Assembly: GCA_024234615.1 (NCBI GenBank)
Contig: JACKNY010000001.1
Location: 1,176,012-1,240,011 of the forward strand
Length of the DNA: 64,000 nt
Source: Pseudomonadales bacterium
GTDB lineage: Bacteria; Pseudomonadota; Gammaproteobacteria; Pseudomonadales; IMCC2047
Direction of reading: 5' to 3'
The translations under genes and the position numbers were made by a program. The first letter of the stretch is position 1. Each line of letters opens with the position of its first letter. Below are positions 18,244 through 27,310 of this stretch, piece by piece. The notes beneath the pieces were generated by a model. That model was not told the origin of the DNA. It made no database searches and worked only from the letters and a program-made list of their open reading frames with translations.

Positions 18244-18363
18244 GTAGATTACGATAAGGGAGACATGATTCGCCGAGTTAGGCACAATGATAAACTAAAT
18301 GGCGAGGCTAACTGTTTTATTGGTCTCGAACACTGACAGGTGAACAGGTAGCATTAAGAGAAA

Positions 18364-18735
18364 ATGAATATTCTTCAACGCATCAAACATCGGCTAGTTA
18401 ATGCTACTCGCTATTCTTTGGCGGGCATTAGAGCCGCCTGGCATAATGAAGAGGCTTTTCGTTTTGAGTTTGCGCTGGCCTTAATCCTCATGCCTGCTGC
18501 ATTTTGGCTTGGCGAAAGCTTTCTGGTCAGGAGCCTGCTGATGGGTAGCTGGCTGCTGGTGATGGTGGTTGAAATATTGAATTCTGCCTTGGAAGCAGTC
18601 GTGGATCAGGTAACTTCGGAATATACGGAGCTTGCCGGACGCGCTAAAGATATGGGTTCGGCAGCAGTGATGTTAAGTATTATTATCACGGTGCTGGTAT
18701 GGTTCGGCGTAATACTTGATCGTTGGTGGTTCTGA
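18364..18735 (+). CDS. dgkA: Diacylglycerol kinase
   Basis: AGIRAAWHNEEAFRFE ... VEILNSALEAVVDQVTSEYTELAGRAKDMGSAAV matches E. coli DgkA almost motif for motif, and the length (123 aa) fits. Confidence 0.93.
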   Translation: MNILQRIKHRLVNATRYSLAGIRAAWHNEEAFRFEFALALILMPAAFWLGESFLVRSLLMGSWLLVMVVEILNSALEAVVDQVTSEYTELAGRAKDMGSAAVMLSIIITVLVWFGVILDRWWF

Positions 18736-19508
18736 TGTTGTCATTGATTCTGCGCGGTCTGCAATGGTTCACTGGGTTGCTAATCTGCGGATTATCTTTG
18801 TCGATAATGGCAGCTTCGCTATCTGATACCATTGCTGTAGTAAAACCATCGGTGGTGGGTGTCGGGACTTATTTGCCTACCCGTCAGCCTCGTTCCCAAC
18901 TCATGGGAACGGGGTTTGTGGTAGGCAATGGATCCTATATTGTGACCAATGCACATGTTATTGGCGGTGAGCTGGATATTCTACATAAAGAACGCCGGGT
19001 GATTTTTGTGGGCGTCGGGAAAACTCCGGAAGTGGTCGATGTTGAACTGGTTCGCAGAGATAATGAGCATGATCTGGCGTTACTAAAGTTATCAAGCGGG
19101 AAATTACCAGCTTTACAATTAGGCGATTCGAGTACGGTGCGAGAAGGTGAGGAATACGCCTTTACCGGTTTTCCGGTGGGGGCTGTGTTGGGGCTTTATC
19201 CGGCAACCCATCATGGCATTATCGCCAGTATTACGCCGATGGCGATCCCCGCGTTTTATTCAGGGCAACTTGATCCCAGACTCATTCGGCGCTTGCAATC
19301 GCCCTACAGTATTTTTCAGTTGGATGCGACGGCCTATCCGGGAAATAGCGGTAGTCCACTCTATGACCCTGCTACAGGTAAAGTAATTGGTGTTATTAAT
19401 AAGGTTTTTGTAAAGGAAACCAAGGAGTCTGTGCTTGAAAAACCAAGCGGTATTACCTATGCGATTCCTTCAAACTATGTACGAGATTTAGTTAAGAGCC
19501 AGCAGTGA
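18735..19508 (+). CDS. Trypsin-like (S1/S1C-type) serine protease, exported
   Basis: N-terminal hydrophobic signal. TNAHV (His), NEHDLALLKL (Asp) and GNSGSPLYD (Ser) form the catalytic triad. ATG 18735 overlaps the dgkA stop (TGATG). Confidence 0.8.
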   Translation: MLSLILRGLQWFTGLLICGLSLSIMAASLSDTIAVVKPSVVGVGTYLPTRQPRSQLMGTGFVVGNGSYIVTNAHVIGGELDILHKERRVIFVGVGKTPEVVDVELVRRDNEHDLALLKLSSGKLPALQLGDSSTVREGEEYAFTGFPVGAVLGLYPATHHGIIASITPMAIPAFYSGQLDPRLIRRLQSPYSIFQLDATAYPGNSGSPLYDPATGKVIGVINKVFVKETKESVLEKPSGITYAIPSNYVRDLVKSQQ

Positions 19509-19788
19509 TAGCCGGGGCTATCCCAACGTGACAGGTTACTGATAAGCGATAAGTGTCAGTAAATTTTACATATTTACAATCTTGCCCCCCTTTTAGGCTA
19601 TCTATTGCTGGTAATGTTTTGTTTTTAAAGTATATTTTGTTTCAGGTACAAATATTGCAGATTTAGTGAAGAGTTCAACCTCTTTGTTTGGGATTGTATA
19701 GACGCAGCCTGTTTGAGCAGAAAAATGCTTTATATTTGTGGATAACGTCTATAATTGGTTCAGTGGAATTTAAGTTTTAGGAAGTCTT

Positions 19789-20451
19789 ATGGCTGATGAT
19801 GTGAAAACGGAAAGTGACGACAAAAAACAGCTTGAAGGTCAGGTAGAGTCAAGACGTAACTTTACCAAGTCAGGTATTGCTGGTGGCGCTGTGCTAATGT
19901 CGCTGCTTAGTCGGCCAGCACTAGGAACGGGTTTTACGGATCCGCGCTGTTCTGGTTCTGTTTTAGCGTCGATAGATGCGGGAAGCTCTCTACATAATTT
20001 TGACCCGGAAGCATGCCGAATGGGTTGCACACCTGGATTCTGGTGTTATGGTCAGCCTCCAGATACTAAAGCATGGGATAGAATTAAACAGTTAACTGGT
20101 GTTGATCCATGGTGGGAGTTTAGCGCGCTATTTGGTTGTGGGCCTGGCCCCGGATTCGCACAGGGGACCGAGTTGAACCAAATACTCTGTATTCCAAACG
20201 AAAACACTTCATTTCTAAAACAGTCGGCGAGGCACTCTATAGCTGCTTGGCTAAATGCAACTATCATGAGTGGTTTTTTTGAATTGACACCACAGCAGGT
20301 GGTTAATGGATATTGCACTGCCTATACTGCATGGAAGAACAACAATAATAACACTGGACCGTTGATTAATTGGCATAGCCAAATGGCATCGTTGAATGAA
20401 AGAAACTGTCCGTTGAATAACGACGCTAACAATTTCTTTTATCACGATTAG
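19789..20451 (+). CDS. Tat-signal, Cys-rich hypothetical protein (220 aa)
   Basis: SRRNFTKSGIAGGAVLMSLLSRPALG is a near-consensus twin-arginine signal, but it is preceded by a 21-aa acidic extension. The mature part has 8 Cys. There is an Asn run (WKNNNNNTG). Confidence 0.7.
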   Translation: MADDVKTESDDKKQLEGQVESRRNFTKSGIAGGAVLMSLLSRPALGTGFTDPRCSGSVLASIDAGSSLHNFDPEACRMGCTPGFWCYGQPPDTKAWDRIKQLTGVDPWWEFSALFGCGPGPGFAQGTELNQILCIPNENTSFLKQSARHSIAAWLNATIMSGFFELTPQQVVNGYCTAYTAWKNNNNNTGPLINWHSQMASLNERNCPLNNDANNFFYHD

Positions 20452-20498
20452 GGCTCTTTCGCTTCTTATTTAGGGGAGCTTGGTGTTATTCTACGAGT

Positions 20499-20529
20499 CT
20501 TTGATTCATTGTATATTTGTGAATCAAAG
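20499..20529 (+). terminator. Stem-loop (10-bp perfect stem) between the Tat-protein gene and the PqqD-like gene
   Basis: CTTTGATTCA-N11-TGAATCAAAG, followed by the moderately T-rich GCTCTTTGATTTTGTTT. Confidence 0.45.
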
Positions 20530-20534
20530 GCTCT

Positions 20535-20843
20535 TTGATTTTGTTTGGCAAGGAATTAATCATACATCAGGTTTTTCTTCATATCCCTTCGGGTACCGAA
20601 CTGATACTTAAATCTTTCGGCAATGAGACCTTGTTGTTCCATACGGCTTCAGGTGATACTTTATTATTAAACCCGACAGCAGTTCCGCTGATTCAAAATT
20701 TGCTCGAGAGACCCCTCGAAAAACAATTTCTGTTTGAGCATGTGGCTGAAGTGCTTAATTATGAGGTTGATGAAAGTTATCTTAGTCATATGGAATTGGT
20801 GCTGGCTGAATTAATAAAGCGCGACATAGTGGTCGCGCAATGA
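20535..20843 (+). CDS. PqqD-family protein (RiPP-recognition-element-like peptide chaperone; 'HPr-rel-A system' type)
   Basis: Size is about 100 aa. The pattern ETLLFHTASGDTLLLNPTAVPLIQNLL...LAELIKRDIV is typical of PqqD/RRE proteins. It has an ATGA overlap with the kinase gene. The start (TTG 20535) is uncertain. Confidence 0.65.
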   Translation: MILFGKELIIHQVFLHIPSGTELILKSFGNETLLFHTASGDTLLLNPTAVPLIQNLLERPLEKQFLFEHVAEVLNYEVDESYLSHMELVLAELIKRDIVVAQ

Positions 20844-21760
20844 TTGCAACAATCTCTGACTTATCTTCTTTGCAATTGTCTTCAATACTTGGTGGTTCTG
20901 GTCTTTATCTCAAAACCGGGCCATTTTGTTATCGAATACGCTCATCAGCAGCAGCTGTTGCCGAAGGGATTCATGTCTTATATGGAAACAATAAATTCTA
21001 CTCAAACTTGGAATTTGTTGACTTTGATATACGGTTAGATTCTCCGAATTGGTTACGACGCTGGTTCCGGCCCAAACTGGACTTTTATTTCGACCATCAG
21101 ACGCCATTTAAACCCTTGCCATTGTCACAGGCATACGCATTTTTAGAGTGGGGTATGAACTGGTGTATTTCAATTCATATGAACCAATATTTAAAGTTAC
21201 ATGCTGCGGTTCTCGAGAGAAATGGTAAAGCGTTGGTGATGCCTGGCGCACCGGGCGCCGGAAAGAGTACTCTGTGCGCTGCCTTGGTTTTACGCGGTTG
21301 GCGATTGTTGTCAGACGAGCATGCGCTGATTTCTTTGGAGAATAGCGATCTCATTCCTGTTTGTCGTCCAATTAGTTTAAAGAATGAGTCTATTCAGATT
21401 ATAAAATCATTTGATCCAAGCGTTGTGCTAGGTCCGATGAGTGCTGATACCCACAAGGGTACAGTGGCCCATATGAAGCCGGATACCCATTCCGTTGAGC
21501 TTGATAGTCAAACAGTAAAGCCAGGTTGGGTCATATTTCCAAAATACACTGCAGAAGCTTCTTTGAGGTTAACAGAAAGAATCAAAGAGACTGCTTTCTT
21601 GAAAACCGCTGATCAGTCATTTAATTATAGTTTGTTGGGTGCCCAAGGTTTTGATGTGATGTCGAGGTTGATTGAAGCAAGCGATTGCTACAATTTAAGT
21701 TATTCCAATTTGGAAGAAGCAGTTTCCACTTTGAACCAACTGAGCGAAGTTAGAGGATGA
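20840..21760 (+). CDS. HprK-related kinase (HPr kinase C-terminal-domain-like P-loop protein, 'HprK-related kinase A' type)
   Basis: P-loop MPGAPGAGKSTLCAALVLRGWRLLSDE parallels the HprK G-x-S-G-x-GKS...DD region. Both gene junctions are 4-nt ATGA overlaps. Confidence 0.7.
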   Translation: MIATISDLSSLQLSSILGGSGLYLKTGPFCYRIRSSAAAVAEGIHVLYGNNKFYSNLEFVDFDIRLDSPNWLRRWFRPKLDFYFDHQTPFKPLPLSQAYAFLEWGMNWCISIHMNQYLKLHAAVLERNGKALVMPGAPGAGKSTLCAALVLRGWRLLSDEHALISLENSDLIPVCRPISLKNESIQIIKSFDPSVVLGPMSADTHKGTVAHMKPDTHSVELDSQTVKPGWVIFPKYTAEASLRLTERIKETAFLKTADQSFNYSLLGAQGFDVMSRLIEASDCYNLSYSNLEEAVSTLNQLSEVRG

Positions 21761-22869
21761 ACTATCCATCATATACGTTGGTAGAGGTGCTTCGTGATCC
21801 TGCAATATTACAAAGTCTTACGCTAGATGACTGGAACGTGCTGATACCACAGGCTAGGCATGCCCTGTTGCTAGGGCGTTTACATGTGTTGATTGAGCAG
21901 AATAACTTAACGGACTCGCTGCCGTCGGCACCATTGAATCACAGCCTATCTGCGTTTTTAGCCTCGGAAAAACAAAGGGCGACTACTTTATGGGAGGTGA
22001 CAAAGATAATTAAGGCTTTGGAGCCTATTTCTGCGCCAGTAATTTTACTTAAAGGAGCGGCCTATATTGCCTCTGGTCTTGATCTCGCTAAAGGCCGACT
22101 ACTTTCCGATATCGATTTGTTAGTGTCAAAAAAACAAATCAAAGAGGCAGAACAAGCTTTCGCTTCTCATGGTTGGATTTCAAGTAAAACTGATAGCTAT
22201 GACCAGCGCTACTACCGTGAGTGGATGCATGAAATCCCGCCTCTCCAGCATTTAGTACGGAAAGGTTTTCTTGATGTTCATCACACCATATTGCCGCCAA
22301 CTGCGAAATATAAACCAGACCCAAATAAGATTATTGATGCGAAACGAGAGATTTCGCCTGGGGTGTTCACTCTTTGCTCAGAGGATATTTTAATCCATAG
22401 CACTACGCACTTGTTCCATGAAGGCGAATTCGACCATGGTTTGCGGGATTTGAACGATATCAAAGAATTATTATGCTACTTTGAGCAAAACGAATCAGGC
22501 TTCTGGGATCGGTTGGTGCCGCGAGCCAAGGAGTTGGGTTTGCTCAAGCCGCTTTACTATGGGCTGCATTACTCCAAACAGATTCTTCAAGCACAAGTAC
22601 CCGACAATGTGATGCGCAGTGCTCATTGCGGAGCCCCAGGCGTCTTAATGGGGAGATTGATGGATTGGTTGTTTTTACGTGCATTAAGACCGAATCACCC
22701 AAGCTGTAACATGCCGGGATCGAGTCTTGCACGACTACTACTCTATATTCGATCGCACTATTTACGCATGCCTATGCATTTGTTGTTTCCACATTTGATT
22801 CGCAAAGCATGGAAAAAACGATTTGAAAAAAAAGAAGATCAAGTAGTATTGATGCCGAAACAACCGTAA
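21757..22869 (+). CDS. Nucleotidyltransferase-fold protein (NTP_transf_5-like)
   Basis: LKGAAYIASGLDLAKGRLLSDIDLLVSKK carries the G..R..SDIDLLV motif typical of the uncharacterised nucleotidyltransferase family. It is translationally coupled to the kinase. Confidence 0.6.
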   Translation: MNYPSYTLVEVLRDPAILQSLTLDDWNVLIPQARHALLLGRLHVLIEQNNLTDSLPSAPLNHSLSAFLASEKQRATTLWEVTKIIKALEPISAPVILLKGAAYIASGLDLAKGRLLSDIDLLVSKKQIKEAEQAFASHGWISSKTDSYDQRYYREWMHEIPPLQHLVRKGFLDVHHTILPPTAKYKPDPNKIIDAKREISPGVFTLCSEDILIHSTTHLFHEGEFDHGLRDLNDIKELLCYFEQNESGFWDRLVPRAKELGLLKPLYYGLHYSKQILQAQVPDNVMRSAHCGAPGVLMGRLMDWLFLRALRPNHPSCNMPGSSLARLLLYIRSHYLRMPMHLLFPHLIRKAWKKRFEKKEDQVVLMPKQP

Positions 22870-22921
22870 AGTTAAATTCATATCATAAAACAAGATTTGA
22901 GTTAGAGCTGATTTTGGTTAG

Positions 22922-23548
22922 CTATAACTGTGTATTTTCCAAACTAACTTTTTGTACATCGAGTAATTTCCTCAGCTGCCCCCAAACATTGGTGAGAATA
23001 ATCGGTTGCGCCTTCTCATTTGGATGCAAGCCGTCAGCCTGAATCATATCATCGACGCCGCCCACCTGGTCTAACAGAAAGGGGATTAGCACAATGTTAT
23101 GCTCTCTCTTTAGCTCAGTATATACATTGTGAAATTTACTATTGTACAAATCCCCATAGTTCGGCGGTAAATGCATCGCGGCTAGGATTACTTTGGCGCC
23201 ACTGATTTGCGAAAGCTCGATCATCTTCGATAGATTTCGTTTCATTTGTGTTAAGGAAAGGCCGCGCAGGCCATCGTTGGCGCCAAGTTCTAAAATTACA
23301 ATGTCCGGGCGGTGCTTTTTCAAGGCGGCGGGTAATCGATTAACTCCTCCGGCGGTGGTGTCACCACTGATGCTGGCATTAATCACTTGGTGATTTGGGC
23401 CTAATCGCTCACTGAGCAAATGAACCCAGCCCGCTTCCAGTTTCATGTTGTAAGCGGCGCTTAGGCTGTCGCCTAACACCAATACTGTTTTTGCAGATAC
23501 AATGACGGGGCATAACACTAAAAGAATGACTATCAGGGCACGTTGCAT
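22922..23548 (-). CDS. tesA: SGNH arylesterase / acyl-CoA thioesterase I / lysophospholipase L1
   Basis: VLVLGDSLSAAY ... INASISGDTTAGGVNRLPAALKKHRPDIVILELGANDGLRG closely parallels E. coli TesA. A signal peptide is present. Confidence 0.9.
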   Translation of the reverse strand: MQRALIVILLVLCPVIVSAKTVLVLGDSLSAAYNMKLEAGWVHLLSERLGPNHQVINASISGDTTAGGVNRLPAALKKHRPDIVILELGANDGLRGLSLTQMKRNLSKMIELSQISGAKVILAAMHLPPNYGDLYNSKFHNVYTELKREHNIVLIPFLLDQVGGVDDMIQADGLHPNEKAQPIILTNVWGQLRKLLDVQKVSLENTQL

Positions 23549-24248
23549 GGAAAATAAAGAACCTCAATTAATGATTGTGGCAGAGGGGCTGACTAAAAGA
23601 GTGAGCACTCTGGCTGGTGATTTGACCATTCTGTCGAAGGTTAGTTTAGAGATCAAGTCTGGCGAGTCGGTGGCGGTGGTCGGGATTTCGGGTTCGGGTA
23701 AATCTACATTACTTGGTCTGTTGGCCGGATTGGATGAACCGAGTGCTGGTAAAGTGATTCTCGCCGGACAGGATCTGAGTTTATTGGATGAAGACGGCCG
23801 CGCGCTGCTACGTGGTAAATATGTGGGCTTTATATTCCAGTCATTCCAGCTCTTACCGAGCTTAACGGCATTGGAAAATGTACTATTGCCTTTAGAGATC
23901 AAAGGTTGCGATGATGCTGAAATTAAAGCGAAAAATTTATTGGCGAGAGTAGGTTTGGCCGAGCGCATAGGTCACTATCCTGCCCAGCTCTCCGGCGGGG
24001 AGCAGCAGCGGGTGGCTATCGCCAGGGCTTTTGTAACCGAGCCGACTATTTTATTTGCCGATGAGCCAACGGGGAACCTTGATACGCAAACGGGTGAAAA
24101 AATAATTGATCTGTTGTTTGAACTCAATCGAGAAAAGTACACAACTCTGGTGATGGTGACTCACGACGACCATTTGGCGTCGCGCTGTGATCGTAAGGTT
24201 AGCCTGGAAGTTGGCAGAGTGGTGAATCTGGATGAGACGGCTACTTAA
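23547..24248 (+). CDS. ybbA: ABC transporter ATP-binding protein, YbbA/LolD-like. The start is ambiguous (23547 or 23571).
   Basis: Walker A GISGSGKST, signature LSGGEQQRVAIARA and Walker B ILFADEPTG. It is divergent from tesA, as in E. coli. Confidence 0.85.
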   Translation: MENKEPQLMIVAEGLTKRVSTLAGDLTILSKVSLEIKSGESVAVVGISGSGKSTLLGLLAGLDEPSAGKVILAGQDLSLLDEDGRALLRGKYVGFIFQSFQLLPSLTALENVLLPLEIKGCDDAEIKAKNLLARVGLAERIGHYPAQLSGGEQQRVAIARAFVTEPTILFADEPTGNLDTQTGEKIIDLLFELNREKYTTLVMVTHDDHLASRCDRKVSLEVGRVVNLDETAT

Positions 24249-25125
24249 AAACCACTGTTCTATTGCCATTCAAAATAACGCGATGCTCGCAATGCCATTT
24301 AATCGCACGGGCAAATGCCATGCACTCGGTGTCGCGGCCAATCTGTACCAATTCGTCAGGGCTGTACAAATGGTCTACTCGTTCAGTACATTGTTCAATT
24401 ATGGGCCCTTCGTCCAAATCGCAAGTAACATAGTGTGCGGTCGCACCGATAATTTTAACGCCGCGCTCATAAGCCTGATGATAGGGCTTGGCGCCCTTAA
24501 AACCCGGTAGAAAGGAGTGATGAATATTAATGGCCTTGCCGGAAAGCGCTTGACACATTTCATCAGAAAGAATTTGCATGTATCTGGCCAATGCGAGTAA
24601 TTCCGCCCCGGTATCCTGCATCACTGCTAAAATGGCTTTTTCTTGTTCCGCCTTGGTTGCCTTAGTGACCGGTAAATAATGGAAGGGCAGGCTATGCCAC
24701 TCCACCATTTCACGCATATCCTGATGATTAGACACGACGCCGACGATATCGATGGGCAGCACTCCAGTATTCCATCTGTGGAGCAGATCGTTCAGACAGT
24801 GGCCATGCTTCGAAGCAGCAATCAGCACTTTGGTACGCCGACTGGCATCGTGAAACTGCCAATCCATCGAAAACTCTTGTGCAATCGGTAGGAATGCCTG
24901 TTCCAGTTCTTCGAGGTTGGTTAATGATGTTTGTGAGGCGCTGCAAAACTCAGTACGCAGGAAAAATCTGCCGGAAACAGGGTCGCCATGCTGCCCCGCA
25001 TCAATGATGTTAGCGTCCCAGTCGTAGAGGAAATTCGCTACAGCTCTGACGATGCCCTTTCGGTCTGGGCTGGAGAGGGTGAGAATGTAGTGTTGTTCTT
25101 GTCTGTGGCTTTTCTCTGGTGTCAT
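24241..25125 (-). CDS. purU: Formyltetrahydrofolate deformylase
   Basis: N-terminal ACT domain (ILTLSSPDRKGIV) plus a formyltransferase domain (INIHHSFLPGFKGAKPYHQA). Confidence 0.9.
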   Translation of the reverse strand: MTPEKSHRQEQHYILTLSSPDRKGIVRAVANFLYDWDANIIDAGQHGDPVSGRFFLRTEFCSASQTSLTNLEELEQAFLPIAQEFSMDWQFHDASRRTKVLIAASKHGHCLNDLLHRWNTGVLPIDIVGVVSNHQDMREMVEWHSLPFHYLPVTKATKAEQEKAILAVMQDTGAELLALARYMQILSDEMCQALSGKAINIHHSFLPGFKGAKPYHQAYERGVKIIGATAHYVTCDLDEGPIIEQCTERVDHLYSPDELVQIGRDTECMAFARAIKWHCEHRVILNGNRTVVFK

Positions 25126-25399
25126 TGGGTATGTCTGTTTGATGGTTATAGAAGCGGACGGTCAGCGTCCTTTATTAAAGATATAGCATGATGCAGGAAT
25201 CGCGATTAAGCAAATTCAATTAGACGTTGAATGAATAAGCACTTCACTGTCAGGCGGTAATTTTTTCACGTTCAGACTGGTTTTCCAGAAGGTTTTAAAT
25301 TAGAATTCGCGCCTCTTCAAAGGTTGTGGGATCAGCTCTACAGAATCATACCTATGAAGTGGCGGGGAAACGCCCGCGCCTTAAATTAGAAAGTTTTAC

Positions 25400-25475
<76 letters not shown>

Positions 25476-25482
25476 GATCCTG

Positions 25483-25505
25483 AAAGCAGCTTCGGCTGCT
25501 TTTTG
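25483..25505 (+). terminator. Rho-independent terminator after tRNA-Gly
   Basis: AAAGCAGC-TTCG-GCTGCTTT followed by a T run. Confidence 0.8.
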
Positions 25506-25613
25506 CGTTTATAGGCATCTTATATACGCCACTTAAGTGGCAGATTTTGCGCCCCTAGGAACCCGTACAGCAATAAGGTAACATCGACAAAAGTCTCTTG
25601 CCTGGGGGAGAGA

Positions 25614-27212
25614 ATGGAAATAAATCAAACCATTATCGATATTTATTCAGATGCCTGTCAGAAATACAGCAATAATCCGATTTTTTCTGCGCTGGGCCAT
25701 ACCCTTAGTTTTCAGCAGTTAGATCTGCTTTCGACACAATTTGCGGCTTATCTGCAAAATCAAACCACGCTAAAAGTGGGCGATCGGGTGGCGATTCAGC
25801 TCCCTAATCTCTTGCACTATCCGGTGGTGGCTTTGGGGGTGCTTAAAGCTGGGCTGGTGCTGGTAAACACCAATCCACTCTATACCGAGCGAGAACTTTT
25901 GCACCAATTGCAGGACTCTGGTGCCAAGGCGCTGGTAGTGTTGGAAAATTTTGCTGATACCGTCGCTAATGTCATGGCGGAAACAGAATTGAAATATATT
26001 TTTACCGCCCAGGTAGGGGATTTTCATCCGGGGTTTAAACGCATCTTATTAAACCTGGTGGTGAAGTATGGTAAGAGAGCGGTGCCGAACTTTAATATTC
26101 CTGGCAGAATTGATTTAAGGCGGGCGATTAAACAAGGGGAGAAATGCACGTTTCAGCTCGTCCAGCGCAAGCCTGAGGATTTGGCACTGTTGCAATACAC
26201 CGGTGGCACGACAGGTGTTGCTAAGGGTGCGATGCTGTCTCATGGCAACCTGGTCGCGAATATGATACAGGCCTGCGAGCACTTACCCGACGTTTATCGC
26301 ATCGAGCAAGATTGCATCGCTGCACCGCTGCCGCTCTACCATATCTACGCCTTTACCATGCATGTTCTTTGTTCGCCCTATACGGGGAATCACAGTATAT
26401 TAATTCCCAATCCGAGGGATATCAGTTCGGTGGTTAAGACGTTTAAGGACTATCCGATCACCTGTTTTATCGGCTTAAATACACTCTACAATGCGCTTCT
26501 GCACAACGCTGCATTTAAACGTTTAAACTTTAAAAACTTAAGGAATTGCTCTGCCGGCGGTATGGCGCTGACCTCTGATACAGCAACACGCTGGCGAGAG
26601 CTGACCGGCTGCGCCATTTTGGAAGGTTACGGGCTAACCGAGGCCTCTCCGGTAGTTTCGAGTAACCAAACCGGCGCTATTCGCGAAGGCACCATTGGCA
26701 CACCGGTTCCGGGCACGGAGGTTAAAGTGGTCAATGATGATGGAAAAGCACTACCGATAGGAACGCCAGGGGAGCTTTGGGTTAAAGGGCCGCAGATTAT
26801 GCTCGGTTATTGGCGGCGCCCAAAGGAGACGCAAAACGTACTAACCGAAGAAGGTTGGTTGAAAACCGGAGATATCGCCCAAATAGATAAGGATGGTTAT
26901 ATTAAAATCGTTGACCGTAAAAAGGATATGATCCTGGTCTCGGGTTTTAAAGTATTTCCTAATGAAGTGGAAGAAGTGGCGAGTATGCACCCGGGTGTTA
27001 AAGAGTGCGCGGCGATTGGGGTGCCAGATGAAAACAGTGGTGAAGTGGTCAAGTTAGTGGCCGTCAAAGCGTATCCAAAGGTCACCGCAGAAGAGGTTCG
27101 CACCTTTTGTCGGGAACGTCTGACCGGCTATAAAGTGCCCAAGCACATAGAGTTTGTCGCAGAGTTACCCAAATCCAATGTTGGTAAAATTTTACGCCGT
27201 GAATTGAAGTAA
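25614..27212 (+). CDS. fadD: Long-chain-fatty-acid--CoA ligase
   Basis: AMP-binding motif YTGGTTGVAKGAMLSHGN. The C-terminal part includes GDIAQIDKDGYIKIVDRKKDMILVSGFKVFPNEVE. Length 532 aa. Confidence 0.85.
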   Translation: MEINQTIIDIYSDACQKYSNNPIFSALGHTLSFQQLDLLSTQFAAYLQNQTTLKVGDRVAIQLPNLLHYPVVALGVLKAGLVLVNTNPLYTERELLHQLQDSGAKALVVLENFADTVANVMAETELKYIFTAQVGDFHPGFKRILLNLVVKYGKRAVPNFNIPGRIDLRRAIKQGEKCTFQLVQRKPEDLALLQYTGGTTGVAKGAMLSHGNLVANMIQACEHLPDVYRIEQDCIAAPLPLYHIYAFTMHVLCSPYTGNHSILIPNPRDISSVVKTFKDYPITCFIGLNTLYNALLHNAAFKRLNFKNLRNCSAGGMALTSDTATRWRELTGCAILEGYGLTEASPVVSSNQTGAIREGTIGTPVPGTEVKVVNDDGKALPIGTPGELWVKGPQIMLGYWRRPKETQNVLTEEGWLKTGDIAQIDKDGYIKIVDRKKDMILVSGFKVFPNEVEEVASMHPGVKECAAIGVPDENSGEVVKLVAVKAYPKVTAEEVRTFCRERLTGYKVPKHIEFVAELPKSNVGKILRRELK

Positions 27213-27310
27213 AGTTTAGTCTCAAGAAAGGTCGAAAGTGATGGGACGGCCGCACTGCAAACATTACTATTGAAAATATTTTCTCAGCGCAGTTAACAAT
27301 AAGAATTGAT

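Noticed and set aside
23564-24510. 134-aa antisense ORF in the ybbA-like gene and 92-aa ORF antisense to purU
   Set aside because: They are shadow frames of genes with clear Walker and formyltransferase motifs.
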